Notes: generated from the letters alone by a model not told the origin. A stretch of 64,000 nt of DNA from Candidatus Paracaedibacteraceae bacterium (GCA_030694965.1 JAUYTZ010000018.1:81559-145558); one strand, 5' to 3'. Positions 1 through 11,040 are shown, numbered from the stretch's first letter. Numbers and translations: made by a program.

Positions 1-10
1 AGGGGATCAG

Positions 11-259
11 ATGACAGTACGTACCGCTGCTGCTTTAGTGTCAACTGAGTTGAACAAATTATTGAATGAATTATGCTTAGTTAACGGGATCGCATACAGA
101 ATGTTTTTTGCGCCTGCGCAGAATGATCAGCTTATTCGTGATTTAACGCGCTTTGGTGCAGCATCCTTTACCATTGAAATAGATGCTCGCGAGGAGTACT
201 ACTTTATTGCTGAATGGAAAAATGATAGAAAAATGTACGCATTGAAATATTGGAATTAA
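11..259 (+). CDS. hypothetical small protein (82 aa)
   Basis: ATG at 11 preceded by AGGGGA (1-6) with a 4-nt spacer. Followed by a hairpin at 276-301. No family motif recognised. Confidence 0.4.
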   Translation: MTVRTAAALVSTELNKLLNELCLVNGIAYRMFFAPAQNDQLIRDLTRFGAASFTIEIDAREEYYFIAEWKNDRKMYALKYWN

Positions 260-275
260 TAATCTGAAAAGTAAA

Positions 276-301
276 AAACCCTTGAATGCTTCCAAGGGTT
301 T
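276..301. terminator. hairpin between convergent genes (bidirectional terminator candidate)
   Basis: aaacccttg (276-284) pairs perfectly with caagggttt (293-301), 8-nt loop. A-run on the 5' side, T-containing 3' side. Confidence 0.55.
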
Positions 302-321
302 ATGAAAATTTAATACGTCAT

Positions 322-2334
322 TTATTGCGTATTGCATGATCCCTTTTTGTACATGATGTACATTAACCAAGCAAAGATGCCAACGCCAGCACATTCAGTT
401 ACCATTAGCGGTAGTTGCCCCATCGCTTTATCCATATGGATGCCTTGCGAAAGTGGGATAGCGATTAAAACACCCATTAATGCTGTTCCTGCAATAACAC
501 CAGATGCATAAAGTACGCCATTTTGTTCAGAGATGGCTTGTTTTTCTTTAGGTAATGTATTGCGTTTTTTTGTTGTGTAATATGCTAAAATCCCGCCTGT
601 TAAAAAGGTTAGAATCATTGATGCTGGCATGTACATACCAAATGAAACAGCTAAAACAGGAAGGGTGTTTGGCTTGCCAATACGCTTGAAATACTGATCA
701 ATCGTGATAATAACAATTCCAATCACAGCCCCAATGCTAATCATCACCCAATCAATGCCACCAGCGAACAAACCTTTTGCCATTGTTGCCATCATCGTTG
801 CTTGAGGTGCTTTTAGTGTTTGTGTTAGATCCATGCCTTGGCGTGGAACAACGTCACCAAAACCATATGCATTAAATAAAAGATCAAGAACAGGAGCAAC
901 GACAATGGCTCCACCGACAACGCCAACAAGTAACATAAATTGTTGTTTCCATGGCGTGGCGCCAACTATTGATCCTGCTTTTAGGTCTTGCATATTGTCG
1001 GCACTTAAAGATGCAGAAAGCGCCACAACTGATGCAAATAAAATAGTTGCGCCAGCCACTGAAATGGCATGTGGTGAATTTACAGTCAGATCGACTTGTC
1101 CTGCAAAAAGTAAAAACAACAAACCGCCAAAAAGCAAAATACCTGATATTGTAATTCCTGAGATTGGTAAAAGTGTTGAACCTGCAATACCTGTTAGGTA
1201 TGAACCAACAGCTGCGCACCCAAAAGCAATAAGTAATGAGGCTAATGTTGCTGTTATTGCAACGAAAACACCGTGCATTGTTGAAAGGTCAAGTGGGGCT
1301 GCAAGTGAGCTATAAAACATAAAAAGCAAAGGAATCGTCAACACAATAATCATTAAACCAACGTAGTTCATTGGCATGTCACGATCAACACGTGGCAATG
1401 ATGACATGTCAGTGGTTTTTCCTTTCAGGGTATCAATGGATGATGTGATTGCTTCAATCATGACTTTTGAAAGAGATAACATGCCCCATAAACCACCAAC
1501 AATCATGCCGCCAATACCAATCATTTTTACTTTTTTCCAAATTGCAAGCGCAGAAACATGTGCATCAAGATCTGGTGCACCATAAAGAATTGCATACAAT
1601 GGAACGGCAATAACCCAAGTGATTCCTGTGCCAATAATCATCGCAGTTGAAACACGAAGGCCGACGATATAGCCAGCCCCAAGTAGAACAGGAGATAGTT
1701 CAAACCCGCCGCCAACAGGAACAGGACCAATGTTTTTCCATGATTGTACTTCAGATGTAAGCCAGCGCGCACCGTCTTGAAAAAAACTGTATAGACCAGC
1801 AAACAAGCCGCCTGAAATAAGAATTTTCCCTGTTCCTTTGGCATCACCTGATTTAAGAACAGCTGCTGTTGCTATGCCTTCTGGATAGGGAAGCTTTTGT
1901 TGAATAATCATGCTGCGGCGCAAAGGGACAGAAAAAGCAACACCTAAAAAGCCGCCAATAATAGCAACAGAAAGTACTTCAAAGTAATTAAAATGATCCC
2001 AAAACCCAATCATAACCAACGCTGGAATTGTAAACGTTATGCCTGCGCTGACGACCTCACCTGCGGAAGCTGTTGTTTGAACAATATTGTGTTCAAGAAT
2101 GCTTGTTTTTTTCCAAAAACTAAGAAACAGGATTGATAAAACTGCAGCGGGGATGGAGCCTGAAATTGTTCGGCCGACCTTAAGAGCGACATAGGTATTT
2201 GATGCACATAAAACCATAGCTAAAAGAAAACCAAGCAATACGGCCTTTAATGTGATTTCAGGTAAAATGCTTTCTTTTTTATCTGTTTCGTTTGTTTTTG
2301 TTGAGTTTGGCTGAAAATTAACAGCTGTGGTCAT
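322..2334 (-). CDS. OPT-family oligopeptide transporter
   Basis: 670 aa and highly hydrophobic with many predicted TM helices. The N-terminal region EITLKAVLLGFLLAMVLCASNTYVALKVGRTISGSIPAAVLS is typical of OPT permeases. Confidence 0.8.
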   Translation of the reverse strand: MTTAVNFQPNSTKTNETDKKESILPEITLKAVLLGFLLAMVLCASNTYVALKVGRTISGSIPAAVLSILFLSFWKKTSILEHNIVQTTASAGEVVSAGITFTIPALVMIGFWDHFNYFEVLSVAIIGGFLGVAFSVPLRRSMIIQQKLPYPEGIATAAVLKSGDAKGTGKILISGGLFAGLYSFFQDGARWLTSEVQSWKNIGPVPVGGGFELSPVLLGAGYIVGLRVSTAMIIGTGITWVIAVPLYAILYGAPDLDAHVSALAIWKKVKMIGIGGMIVGGLWGMLSLSKVMIEAITSSIDTLKGKTTDMSSLPRVDRDMPMNYVGLMIIVLTIPLLFMFYSSLAAPLDLSTMHGVFVAITATLASLLIAFGCAAVGSYLTGIAGSTLLPISGITISGILLFGGLLFLLFAGQVDLTVNSPHAISVAGATILFASVVALSASLSADNMQDLKAGSIVGATPWKQQFMLLVGVVGGAIVVAPVLDLLFNAYGFGDVVPRQGMDLTQTLKAPQATMMATMAKGLFAGGIDWVMISIGAVIGIVIITIDQYFKRIGKPNTLPVLAVSFGMYMPASMILTFLTGGILAYYTTKKRNTLPKEKQAISEQNGVLYASGVIAGTALMGVLIAIPLSQGIHMDKAMGQLPLMVTECAGVGIFAWLMYIMYKKGSCNTQ

Positions 2335-2653
2335 CTATAATCTCCTAGTTTAATGCGTTTTTGATTTTATTGTGCCCTCTTTATGATAAGAGTGTGTAAA
2401 TAAAAACGCGAATATATCTATTTAAAATCAATCAATTGAATTGAAAAAGAAGTATTTATATTTTCAAGATCAATTTTTTTATTTGATTTTAGTGTAAGAT
2501 GTTTATTGGTTGGTTTCATGTTAACTAAAAAACAAAGTAACTGCAAATTTATTTTAAAAGTACATTATATGAATTTCTAATGTACATATAAAAATTACGT
2601 GTTAATCGAATAAAAATTACGTGTTGGGCAAAGATGGCTTACTTTAAATTAAT

Positions 2654-5600
2654 TTATCCACATACTTGAAGTAACGCCGCTTTTTGATTTGGCGTTACAT
2701 CATAGCCATCTTTCAGTGTGACTTTAATCGTGCCAATTTCATCAACCGGTATAAGGAACTGAATGATTGTTCGTCCGCGTTTAAGACCGCTTATGATTTC
2801 AGCCAGATAAGCAACATTTGCTTTTTTGGGATCTATAAGCAACTCAAAGGATTCAACCTTTGCTTTGTTATCAAGTGGTTCTAGACCGTTTCCAGTTAAG
2901 CGATAGCTTTCGTCGCCATCTGCACGCAAATTTCCTGTTACGTAAACGGCTTGACCTGGGATTAATTTATCGCGAACGGTTGTAAAGGTTTCGGAAAAGA
3001 AAGCAACTTCATACACACCCGTTAAGTCTGTCATAGTAACAAAGGCAAAGCGGTCGCCTTTTTTAGATGTACGCTCTTGTTTTGTTAAGATGATTCCAGC
3101 GAGAGCAACCGTTTGGTTGCTGTTGGTAGCACGTTCAAGCAAATTACAGCTTTTCACAACACCTAGCTTATCAAGCGCTTCTTTATACATGTCTAATGGG
3201 TGCGCACTTAAATAGAAACCAAGCGCATCAAATTCTTGTTGCAAACGATCAAGTGGTGTCCATTCCATAACATCGGGCAGTGGAACTTCTTGTGCCACCT
3301 CATTAGTGCCGCCGCCGAACAGCATCTTTTGTTTGCTTGCTTTTTGGGTTCGTATTTGTTGCGCAATGCCAAGTAGTGCTTCAAGCCCTTCGACTAATTG
3401 GCGGCGATTGCTTTGCATGCAATCAAATGTGCCTGATGTTACCATATTTTCAAGTTGTCGTTTGTTGACTGCCCCTGCATCAATACGTGCGGCAAAATCG
3501 CCTAGCGATTTAAATGGACCATTTTTAGTGCGCTCTGCTACAAGGCTTTCCATAGCTTGTGCACCAACCCCTTTAATTGCTGCCAAACCATAACGAATAC
3601 CACCATTTTCAACCTTAAAGGTAACGTCTGATTCATTTACATTTGGCGGTAACAATGGGATTTCTTGACGGTCAAGATCCTGACGGTACACATTCAATTT
3701 ATCAGTGTTGTGCATATCCAAGGTCATGGTTGCTGCAAAAAATTGTAGGGGATAATTAGCTTTTAAATAAGCGGTTTGGTAGGCAAGCAATGCGTAAGGC
3801 GCCGAGTGTGATTTGTTAAAACCATACCCTGCGAACTTTGCCATTTGGTCAAAAATTTGTGATGCAATTTCTTTTTTAATGCCATTTTTAATAGCGCCTT
3901 CTGTAAATAAGGTCCGCTGTGCATCCATTTCAGATTTAATTTTTTTACCCATCGCGCGACGAAGTAGGTCAGCAGCGCCAAGTGTGTAACCACCCAAAAC
4001 CTGTGCGATTTGCATAACCTGTTCTTGGTAAACCATAACCCCGTATGTTGGTTCTAAAATATCTTTCAACAGCGGATGCAAATAACTAATGGCTTCTTCA
4101 CCATGTTTACACGCAAGGTAACGCGGAATATCGTCCATCGGACCTGGACGGTATAGGGCCACAAGGGCAATTAAATCTTCGAATCGGTCTGGTTGTAAAC
4201 GACGAAGGACATCACGCATGCCGGCACTTTCCAGCTGGAATATGCCGACAGCTTCAACGCGGCAAAGCAAAGCAAAAGTTGCTGGATCATCAAGTGGAAT
4301 GGTTTGAATACGAAAATCGGTCCCTGTTTCAGCGCGTACAAGTCTGCAGCAATATTCAACAACGGTTAGGGTCTTTAGCCCCAAAAAGTCGAATTTTACC
4401 AAGCCTGCAGTTTCAACATATTTCATGTTAAATTGGGTTACGGCAAGGTCTGATTTTTCGTCTCGGTAAAGTGGCACAAGCTCATCAAGTGGGCGATCAC
4501 CAATGACAACACCGGCAGCATGGGTGGATGCGTGACGATAAAGGCCTTCAAGCTTCATCCCGATGTCCATCAGGCGTGCAACCATTTCATCATCATCACG
4601 TTGCTGTTTTAAAAGCGGTTCGTGTTCAATTGATTGCGCAAGCGTCATTGGATTTGCAGGATTATTTGGAATCATTTTACAAATGCGATCGATTTGACCA
4701 TACGGCATTTGAAGGACCCGGCCAACGTCACGAATCACAATACGCGCTTGTAATTTACCAAAAGTAATAATATGCGCAACACGATCCATGCCGTATTTTT
4801 CGCAGACATAGCGAATGACTTCGTCGCGGCGATCTTGACAAAAATCGACGTCAAAGTCAGGCATAGAAACACGTTCTGGGTTTAAAAAACGTTCAAAGAG
4901 TAAGTTGAATCGAAGGGGGTCCATGTCTGTAATAAGAAGAACCCAAGCGACCAATGATCCCGCCCCAGAGCCGCGGCCTGGTCCAACTGGTATCCCTTTG
5001 TCTTTTGCCCATTTTATAAAGTCCGAGACAATCAAAAAGTACCCAGGAAAGCCCATGGTATCAATAATGCCAAGCTCGTATCGCAAACGTTCGGTGTATT
5101 GCGTGCGAAGGGCTTCGTGTTGTTCTTCGGGAAAACGGTTGAAAACTTCTTCTATTAAGCGTTTTTCAAGTCCTGCATGGGATTGATCCCACATTTCCTC
5201 GTTTTCAGTGCGGCCTGATTCTGTTGGAAAGTTCGGTAGGATTGGCTTTCGCGGCAAAGGCCTGTAGTGACATCGGCGTGCAATATTAACGGTGTTTTCG
5301 ATGGCTTCTGGTAAATCAGCAAAGACTTCCTTCATTTCAGCTGAAGATCTAAAATAATGACGCGGCGTTTCCATGCGACGTTGATCTTGTTCAACATATG
5401 CGCCGGCAGCAACACAAAGCAGGGCATCATGCGCTTGGTGCATATCGGGGGTATCAAAAAACACATTGTTGGTTGCAACAATAGGGATATTAAACCGCAG
5501 TGCAGTATCCAAGAATTGTGTTTCTAGTTGTTGCTGAACTGGAATGCCATGACGTTGTAATTCTATATATAAACGATTCGGAAAAAGTTCTAGAAGTGTT

Positions 5601-6127
5601 TTTACAAAGATGTCGCTGCATTCTGCACGATGTTCTGTGTTAGGTAGTAGAAGTAGCTGCGCAAGGGGTCCTTCATGAGCGCCTGTAAGACAAATCACCC
5701 CATCGGTACAATCGGCAAGTTCAGCCATGGTGACATGTGGTCCTATCAGGCCCTGTTCTTTAAAATAAGCGCGACTGATAAGTTTCATTAAACTCATGTA
5801 GCCAGCTTCATTTTGCGCCAAGAAAACCATTGGAGATGGCGTCGTTGTTACTTTTGGAAAGAGCGTGCTTAGATCAATAGTTAATTGGCACCCAATGATT
5901 GGCTGAATACCGGCATCCGTTGCCGCCATAGAAAATTCAAGCGCGCCAAACATGTTGTTTGTGTCTGTCAGTGCCATGGCAGGCATGTTGTGTTTTTGGC
6001 ATAGCTTTGGTAGGCTCTTCATCAAAATAGCGCCTTCGGTTAACGAATAGGCTGAATGCACGCGAAGGTGCACAAAGCCGTCGTAAACGGCCGAATTTGA
6101 GACCAATGATGAGGAAGTTGAAGTCAA
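2654..6127 (-). CDS. dnaE: DNA polymerase III alpha subunit
   Basis: 1157 aa. PHP domain start FVHLRVHSAYSL, core motifs GFPGYFLIVSDFI and MPDFDVDF, OB-fold C-terminus. Confidence 0.97.
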   Translation of the reverse strand: MTSTSSSLVSNSAVYDGFVHLRVHSAYSLTEGAILMKSLPKLCQKHNMPAMALTDTNNMFGALEFSMAATDAGIQPIIGCQLTIDLSTLFPKVTTTPSPMVFLAQNEAGYMSLMKLISRAYFKEQGLIGPHVTMAELADCTDGVICLTGAHEGPLAQLLLLPNTEHRAECSDIFVKTLLELFPNRLYIELQRHGIPVQQQLETQFLDTALRFNIPIVATNNVFFDTPDMHQAHDALLCVAAGAYVEQDQRRMETPRHYFRSSAEMKEVFADLPEAIENTVNIARRCHYRPLPRKPILPNFPTESGRTENEEMWDQSHAGLEKRLIEEVFNRFPEEQHEALRTQYTERLRYELGIIDTMGFPGYFLIVSDFIKWAKDKGIPVGPGRGSGAGSLVAWVLLITDMDPLRFNLLFERFLNPERVSMPDFDVDFCQDRRDEVIRYVCEKYGMDRVAHIITFGKLQARIVIRDVGRVLQMPYGQIDRICKMIPNNPANPMTLAQSIEHEPLLKQQRDDDEMVARLMDIGMKLEGLYRHASTHAAGVVIGDRPLDELVPLYRDEKSDLAVTQFNMKYVETAGLVKFDFLGLKTLTVVEYCCRLVRAETGTDFRIQTIPLDDPATFALLCRVEAVGIFQLESAGMRDVLRRLQPDRFEDLIALVALYRPGPMDDIPRYLACKHGEEAISYLHPLLKDILEPTYGVMVYQEQVMQIAQVLGGYTLGAADLLRRAMGKKIKSEMDAQRTLFTEGAIKNGIKKEIASQIFDQMAKFAGYGFNKSHSAPYALLAYQTAYLKANYPLQFFAATMTLDMHNTDKLNVYRQDLDRQEIPLLPPNVNESDVTFKVENGGIRYGLAAIKGVGAQAMESLVAERTKNGPFKSLGDFAARIDAGAVNKRQLENMVTSGTFDCMQSNRRQLVEGLEALLGIAQQIRTQKASKQKMLFGGGTNEVAQEVPLPDVMEWTPLDRLQQEFDALGFYLSAHPLDMYKEALDKLGVVKSCNLLERATNSNQTVALAGIILTKQERTSKKGDRFAFVTMTDLTGVYEVAFFSETFTTVRDKLIPGQAVYVTGNLRADGDESYRLTGNGLEPLDNKAKVESFELLIDPKKANVAYLAEIISGLKRGRTIIQFLIPVDEIGTIKVTLKDGYDVTPNQKAALLQVCG

Positions 6128-6206
6128 AGTATATTACTTTTTTATGTGTTTTTCATCTTTTAGGTATACCCTGATTAAAGGGTATATTCAAGGATGATAG
6201 GTGCCC

Positions 6207-9041
6207 TTATCTATTCAAACCAACAACAACATCTTCGCAGCGAATACAAATATCATTGTGTTCTCTGATTGAATCAGCTGCGCCAACTTCAGGAAGAATA
6301 CGCCAGCAACGTTGACATTTTCCGCCCTCTGCTACGTTCACAACAACACCAACACCAGGTACATCATCAAGCGTTACAGCGCCTGCAGGTGCTTGTGCCA
6401 ATAGGATTTTAGCGGATGATGTAATACACAGTTCAGCCAAATCAAGACCTTGTAGATATGTTGCCTTTTCAGCAGAGATATATAACGCAACGCTACCTTG
6501 TAAGCTGGACCCAATGGTTTTTGCTGCGCGTTCTAATTCAAGTGCAGATGTAATCACACGACGAATATCACGAATAGCTTCCCAGCGTGTAGCCAAGGCT
6601 GGTTGGTGCCAATTAGCGTCTAATTTTGGAAATTGTGATGCGTGAATGCTTGTTTTGTCAGTCACACCTGTTTGTGTTTGGTATTCTTGATATGCTTCTT
6701 CAGCTGTAAAGCTTAGAACAGGTGCTAGCCAGTGTGTTAAACATAAAAGTATTTGATTCATTACGGTGCGTGTAGCACGGCGGCTGAGTGAGTCGGCTCC
6801 ATCACAATAGAGTGAATCTTTACGGATATCAAAATAAAAAGCCGATAGATCCACAGCACACAAATGATGCAAATCCATATAGAATGCTGAAAAATCAAAG
6901 CTTTCAATAGCAGCTTGATGCGCCGTTTCGATTTCTTTTAAGCGATGTAAAACCCACTGTTCTAATGCTGGCATAGACTTTGCGTCAATTGTTTCAGCTT
7001 CTGAAAAGCCTGAAAGGGCGCCAAGCAAATAACGTAGAGTGTTGCGGAAACGACGATAAATATCTTCTTGGTGCTTTAGGATTTCATTACCAATACGTAA
7101 ATCTTCAGTGTAGTCAGAGTTGACAATCCAAAGACGTAACATATCTGCACCGTATTTTTGAATGACTTCTGCTGGTGCAACGATATTGCCAATAGACTTT
7201 GACATTTTGTAACCGCGTTCATCAAGCACAAACCCGTGCGTAACAACTTTTTTATAAGGTGCAACGCCAGCAGTTCCACAGCTTTGTAACAACGATGATT
7301 GAAACCAGCCGCGGTGTTGATCGGAACCTTCAAGGTACACATCTGCAGGCCATTGTTGATCTGGATTATCGCGCAATACAAAAGAATGCGTGCAGCCGCT
7401 GTCAAACCATACGTCTAATATATCATTGATTTTTTCATAGTCATTTGCATCATAGGCGTCGCCCAGAAAATAAGCAGCATCATTTTTAAACCAAACATCG
7501 GCACCTTCAGCAGCGATGGCGTCAACAATGCGCTGATGGACAGCAGGATCACGAAGTGGTTCACCGCTGCGCTTGTTTACAAAGATGGTCATTGGCGTTC
7601 CCCAGGCACGTTGACGTGATAGGCACCAATCTGGACGTGATTCAACCATGCTTTTAATGCGGTTTTTACCTGAAGCTGGGAACCATTCAACCACGTCAAT
7701 GGCTTCAAGTGCTTTTTTACGAAGGTCATTTGTTTGCATTGAAACAAACCATTGTGCAGTTGCACGGTAAATAAGCGGGGCCTTTGATCGCCATGAATGT
7801 GGATAGCTATGCGTTAGCTTTGATGTTTTAAGAAGCGCATTAACATCTGTTAAGGCTTGTATAACAACTGGATTTATTTTGAAAATATGTTGACCGGCAA
7901 ATAATGGAACATGTTCATAATATGTACCATCACCTTGAACCGTTTCAGGGACAGCGATACCAAATTTTTTGCCAACTTCAAAGTCTTCCACACCGTGTCC
8001 TGGCGCTGTATGTACAAGACCTGTACCCGCATCAACGGTTACGTGGTCGCCGGTCAAGAATGGAACGTCAAAATCATAACCTTTTAATGCATCTTTGTGA
8101 TCGCGCCATGGGTGTGCACATATAATACCAGCAAGATCTGCACCAAGGCATTTAAATGTAATTTCAAAATCTTCCAGACCGACGGCAGTACAAAAGGCAG
8201 ATGCAAGATCTTTTGCTACAAGGAACTGACGATCGCTTGTAATTAAGTCTGTGGCTTGTTTTGCTTTAATGACGACGTATTCAATTTCTTCGCCATAGGC
8301 GATGGCCCGGTTTCCTGGAAGTGTCCATGGGGTTGTTGTCCAAATGACAGCAGCAACGTTATTAAGCGCTGCAATCGTTGATTTGACGATGTTAAATGCG
8401 ACGTAAATGGAATCACTAGTATGGTCTTTATATTCGACTTCAGCGTCAGCAAGAGCTGTTTTTTCAACAACAGACCACATAACAGGGCGCAGGCCGCGAT
8501 ATAAAGATCCGTTCATCAAAAATTTGCCAAGTTCAGCTACAATTTTTGCTTCTGTTTCAAAGGCCATCGTTGAATAAGCATTGTCAAAGTCAGCAATGAT
8601 ACCTAAACGCTTGAATTCTTCTTTTTGAATAGCTGTCCAATTTGCTGCAAATGTGCGGCATTCAGCGCGAAATACAAGTGGGTCAACTTCGTCTTTATTT
8701 TTACCTTTTGCACGGTATTGTTCTTCGATTTTCCATTCGATGGGAAGGCCATGACAGTCCCAGCCAGGAATCATGCCTGCATCAAAACCATTCATTTGGT
8801 ATGTCTTATTAATAATGTCTTTTAAGACTTCACTTAAAGCATGCCCAATGTGGATGTTGCCATTTGCATAAGGAGGGCCAAACGCCATGACAAATTTTGG
8901 TCGGCCTTTGCTTTGCGTGCGAAGAAACTGGAATAAATGATCGGATTCCCATTGTGCCAAAATTTCTGGTTCGCGCACAGATAGATTTGCTTTCATAGCG
9001 AACGTTGTTTTTGGTAGAAAAACTGAAGCTTTATAGTCCAT
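6207..9041 (-). CDS. ileS: isoleucine--tRNA ligase
   Basis: 944 aa. HIGH-type motif PPYANGNIHIGHAL, KMSKS present, C-terminal zinc knuckle CQRCWR...CIRC. Confidence 0.97.
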   Translation of the reverse strand: MDYKASVFLPKTTFAMKANLSVREPEILAQWESDHLFQFLRTQSKGRPKFVMAFGPPYANGNIHIGHALSEVLKDIINKTYQMNGFDAGMIPGWDCHGLPIEWKIEEQYRAKGKNKDEVDPLVFRAECRTFAANWTAIQKEEFKRLGIIADFDNAYSTMAFETEAKIVAELGKFLMNGSLYRGLRPVMWSVVEKTALADAEVEYKDHTSDSIYVAFNIVKSTIAALNNVAAVIWTTTPWTLPGNRAIAYGEEIEYVVIKAKQATDLITSDRQFLVAKDLASAFCTAVGLEDFEITFKCLGADLAGIICAHPWRDHKDALKGYDFDVPFLTGDHVTVDAGTGLVHTAPGHGVEDFEVGKKFGIAVPETVQGDGTYYEHVPLFAGQHIFKINPVVIQALTDVNALLKTSKLTHSYPHSWRSKAPLIYRATAQWFVSMQTNDLRKKALEAIDVVEWFPASGKNRIKSMVESRPDWCLSRQRAWGTPMTIFVNKRSGEPLRDPAVHQRIVDAIAAEGADVWFKNDAAYFLGDAYDANDYEKINDILDVWFDSGCTHSFVLRDNPDQQWPADVYLEGSDQHRGWFQSSLLQSCGTAGVAPYKKVVTHGFVLDERGYKMSKSIGNIVAPAEVIQKYGADMLRLWIVNSDYTEDLRIGNEILKHQEDIYRRFRNTLRYLLGALSGFSEAETIDAKSMPALEQWVLHRLKEIETAHQAAIESFDFSAFYMDLHHLCAVDLSAFYFDIRKDSLYCDGADSLSRRATRTVMNQILLCLTHWLAPVLSFTAEEAYQEYQTQTGVTDKTSIHASQFPKLDANWHQPALATRWEAIRDIRRVITSALELERAAKTIGSSLQGSVALYISAEKATYLQGLDLAELCITSSAKILLAQAPAGAVTLDDVPGVGVVVNVAEGGKCQRCWRILPEVGAADSIREHNDICIRCEDVVVGLNR

Positions 9042-9464
9042 GTAAATAAATCTTTTAAATTGTATGATTGTGACAATTTAGCAATTTTGAAGCCATTTGT
9101 ATATCAAATCAGTTGTATATGAAATCAGCGAACATATAGCCTATATATCTACCTCAAACCAATCTGTTGATTTCGAAATTCCTTTTGCTCATTTTATACC
9201 ATGTTAAGAAATCAAGTGACCTAACTATTTTCAGTTTTCAAAAAATTAGTTTTATAAAATCAACATGTTGATTAGTGATAGGTACATCAATTTAATTACA
9301 ATTTATTATGTAAATACCCTCGCATGCATAAAGGCTTGTAGGTAAAAAAGGATATGTTTATAAAATTATTTGTCTTCTTTTTTTTAAATATGAATGGCAC
9401 ATAGTTTCTACGCCACTCGCGAACTGGATTATGCCAAGCTTTTTAATTTATTAAATTAATAGTC

Positions 9465-9944
9465 TTACGTGGTTTTTTGACCTGCAGCAGCGACGGCAAT
9501 CTGTACAAGCGGGATTGCAATTGAGGCAACGGCATCTGCTTTGGATACGATATTATTAATTTTTGTGATATCTGCTTGTGCGTATGGGTTAATGGTTAAT
9601 GCTACTGTTTCTGCATTTTTAAGAGCCGCACTTGTAGTTGTTGATTCAGCCACTTTAGAAGCCCCGTCAAGAACAGTTTGTGCTGTGCTTAATTCAGCAA
9701 CTAAGTGAGTATTTCCAGTGGCTGCAGCTGTTGCTTGTGCAAGAGTTATTGCATGAGTGCCTATCGCTTGTGCTATTGGCACATCTTTTTGTGCAGCATG
9801 AACAACGTGTGTAGCAGATATTGATATTTTTTTAAGTCCACTTTCTAATTTTTCAAGAGCATTCCCTTTGCCAGCAAACACATGACCGGTACTAGAACCA
9901 ATTAGAATCGCGAACATTACGGCTTTATTTGTGAGTTTAGACAT
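9465..9944 (-). CDS. secreted Ala/Thr-rich hypothetical protein
   Basis: 159 aa. N-terminal signal-peptide-like MSKLTNKAVMFAILIGSSTGHVFA, then a low-complexity helical Ala-rich sequence. No family recognised. Confidence 0.55.
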   Translation of the reverse strand: MSKLTNKAVMFAILIGSSTGHVFAGKGNALEKLESGLKKISISATHVVHAAQKDVPIAQAIGTHAITLAQATAAATGNTHLVAELSTAQTVLDGASKVAESTTTSAALKNAETVALTINPYAQADITKINNIVSKADAVASIAIPLVQIAVAAAGQKTT

Positions 9945-10152
9945 GAAGTATACCTCAGGTAAAATTTGGCTTTATTGCCAATTTTTAATATATGTAAAAA
10001 ATATTAATAAGTAATTAATTGTGCTTCATAATTTTTTAACAAGTTTTGGGTTCGTTTTTTATTTTCATTGCTTGATTCATTCTTTTTCTTTTAACTTGCG
10101 TGCGCCATGTTTTTCTTGATAAAATTTATGAGTCTATGAAAAGGATTTAGAA

Positions 10153-10932
10153 ATGACTATAAGCAGCCAAAGAAATGACAGAGAAAATCGTTTTAATGAA
10201 TTTAAAAACACACGTTTTTGGATGGAGACAAAAGGATTTTTCAATGCATTTGTCGTAGCGATGATCATTCGTACATTTCTGTTTCAACCGTTTAGCATTC
10301 CATCAGGTTCAATGTATCCAACATTAATGGTTGGTGATTTCTTGTTTGTGAATAAATATTGTTATGGTTATTGCAATCACACATTTCCATTTGCGCCCAA
10401 TTTAATGGAAAATCGTATTTGGTCAACTGAACCGAAACAAGGCGATGTTGTCGTTTTTAATAATCCAAAAGACGAGGGCAAAGATTACATTAAGCGTTTA
10501 GTTGGTAAGCCCGGCGACCGTGTTCAGATTAAAGGTGGGATTTTGCACCTTAATGGTATGCCAGTGAAGCTTGAAAAAATTGCTGATTATCATATGGTTG
10601 ATGAAGAAGGCCGTTTCTTGATTATGCCACAATACATGGAAACATTGCCGAATGGTGTTCGTCATCCGATCTTAAAAGGAAAACCAATGGGTGAAGGTCG
10701 CCTGGATAATACAGAAGAATTTGTTGTACCAGAAGGGCATTATTTTATGATGGGTGATAATCGTGATAATTCAAGTGATAGCCGTGTTCAGTCAATGGTC
10801 GGTTATATCCCTGAAAAAAATGTAATTGGTCGTGCTGAGATTTTGTTTTTCTCTACCTCTGCTAAGTGGTATGAGCCATGGAGTTGGCCATTTGCTTTAC
10901 GCTTTAAACGTTTGTTGAATTTTATTCGGTAG
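10153..10932 (+). CDS. lepB: signal peptidase I
   Basis: S26 motifs SGSMYPTL (Ser), YIKRLVGKPGD (Lys) and GDNRDNSSDSR. Confidence 0.93.
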   Translation: MTISSQRNDRENRFNEFKNTRFWMETKGFFNAFVVAMIIRTFLFQPFSIPSGSMYPTLMVGDFLFVNKYCYGYCNHTFPFAPNLMENRIWSTEPKQGDVVVFNNPKDEGKDYIKRLVGKPGDRVQIKGGILHLNGMPVKLEKIADYHMVDEEGRFLIMPQYMETLPNGVRHPILKGKPMGEGRLDNTEEFVVPEGHYFMMGDNRDNSSDSRVQSMVGYIPEKNVIGRAEILFFSTSAKWYEPWSWPFALRFKRLLNFIR

Positions 10933-10957
10933 AGCAAATTTTATTAAACAAGAAAAA

Positions 10958-10987
10958 ACCTGAGGCCCAATGCTTCAGGTTTTTTTA
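10958..10987 (+). terminator. rho-independent terminator of lepB
   Basis: acctgagg / cttcaggt stem (one G-U pair), 7-nt loop, followed by a T6 run (10981-10986). Confidence 0.7.
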
Positions 10988-11040
10988 TACTTAAATTATC
11001 TGTGAACTTTATCTTAATGGCACCTTAGTATCTCAAAGAG

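Noticed and set aside
2654-2662. Perfect DnaA-box consensus TTATCCACA next to a 319-bp AT-rich intergenic region (possible oriC?)
   Set aside because: It is a single box that coincides with the last codons and stop of dnaE (…CG*). I found no cluster of further boxes in the adjacent spacer. One 9-mer hit is about what chance predicts for 64 kb on both strands.
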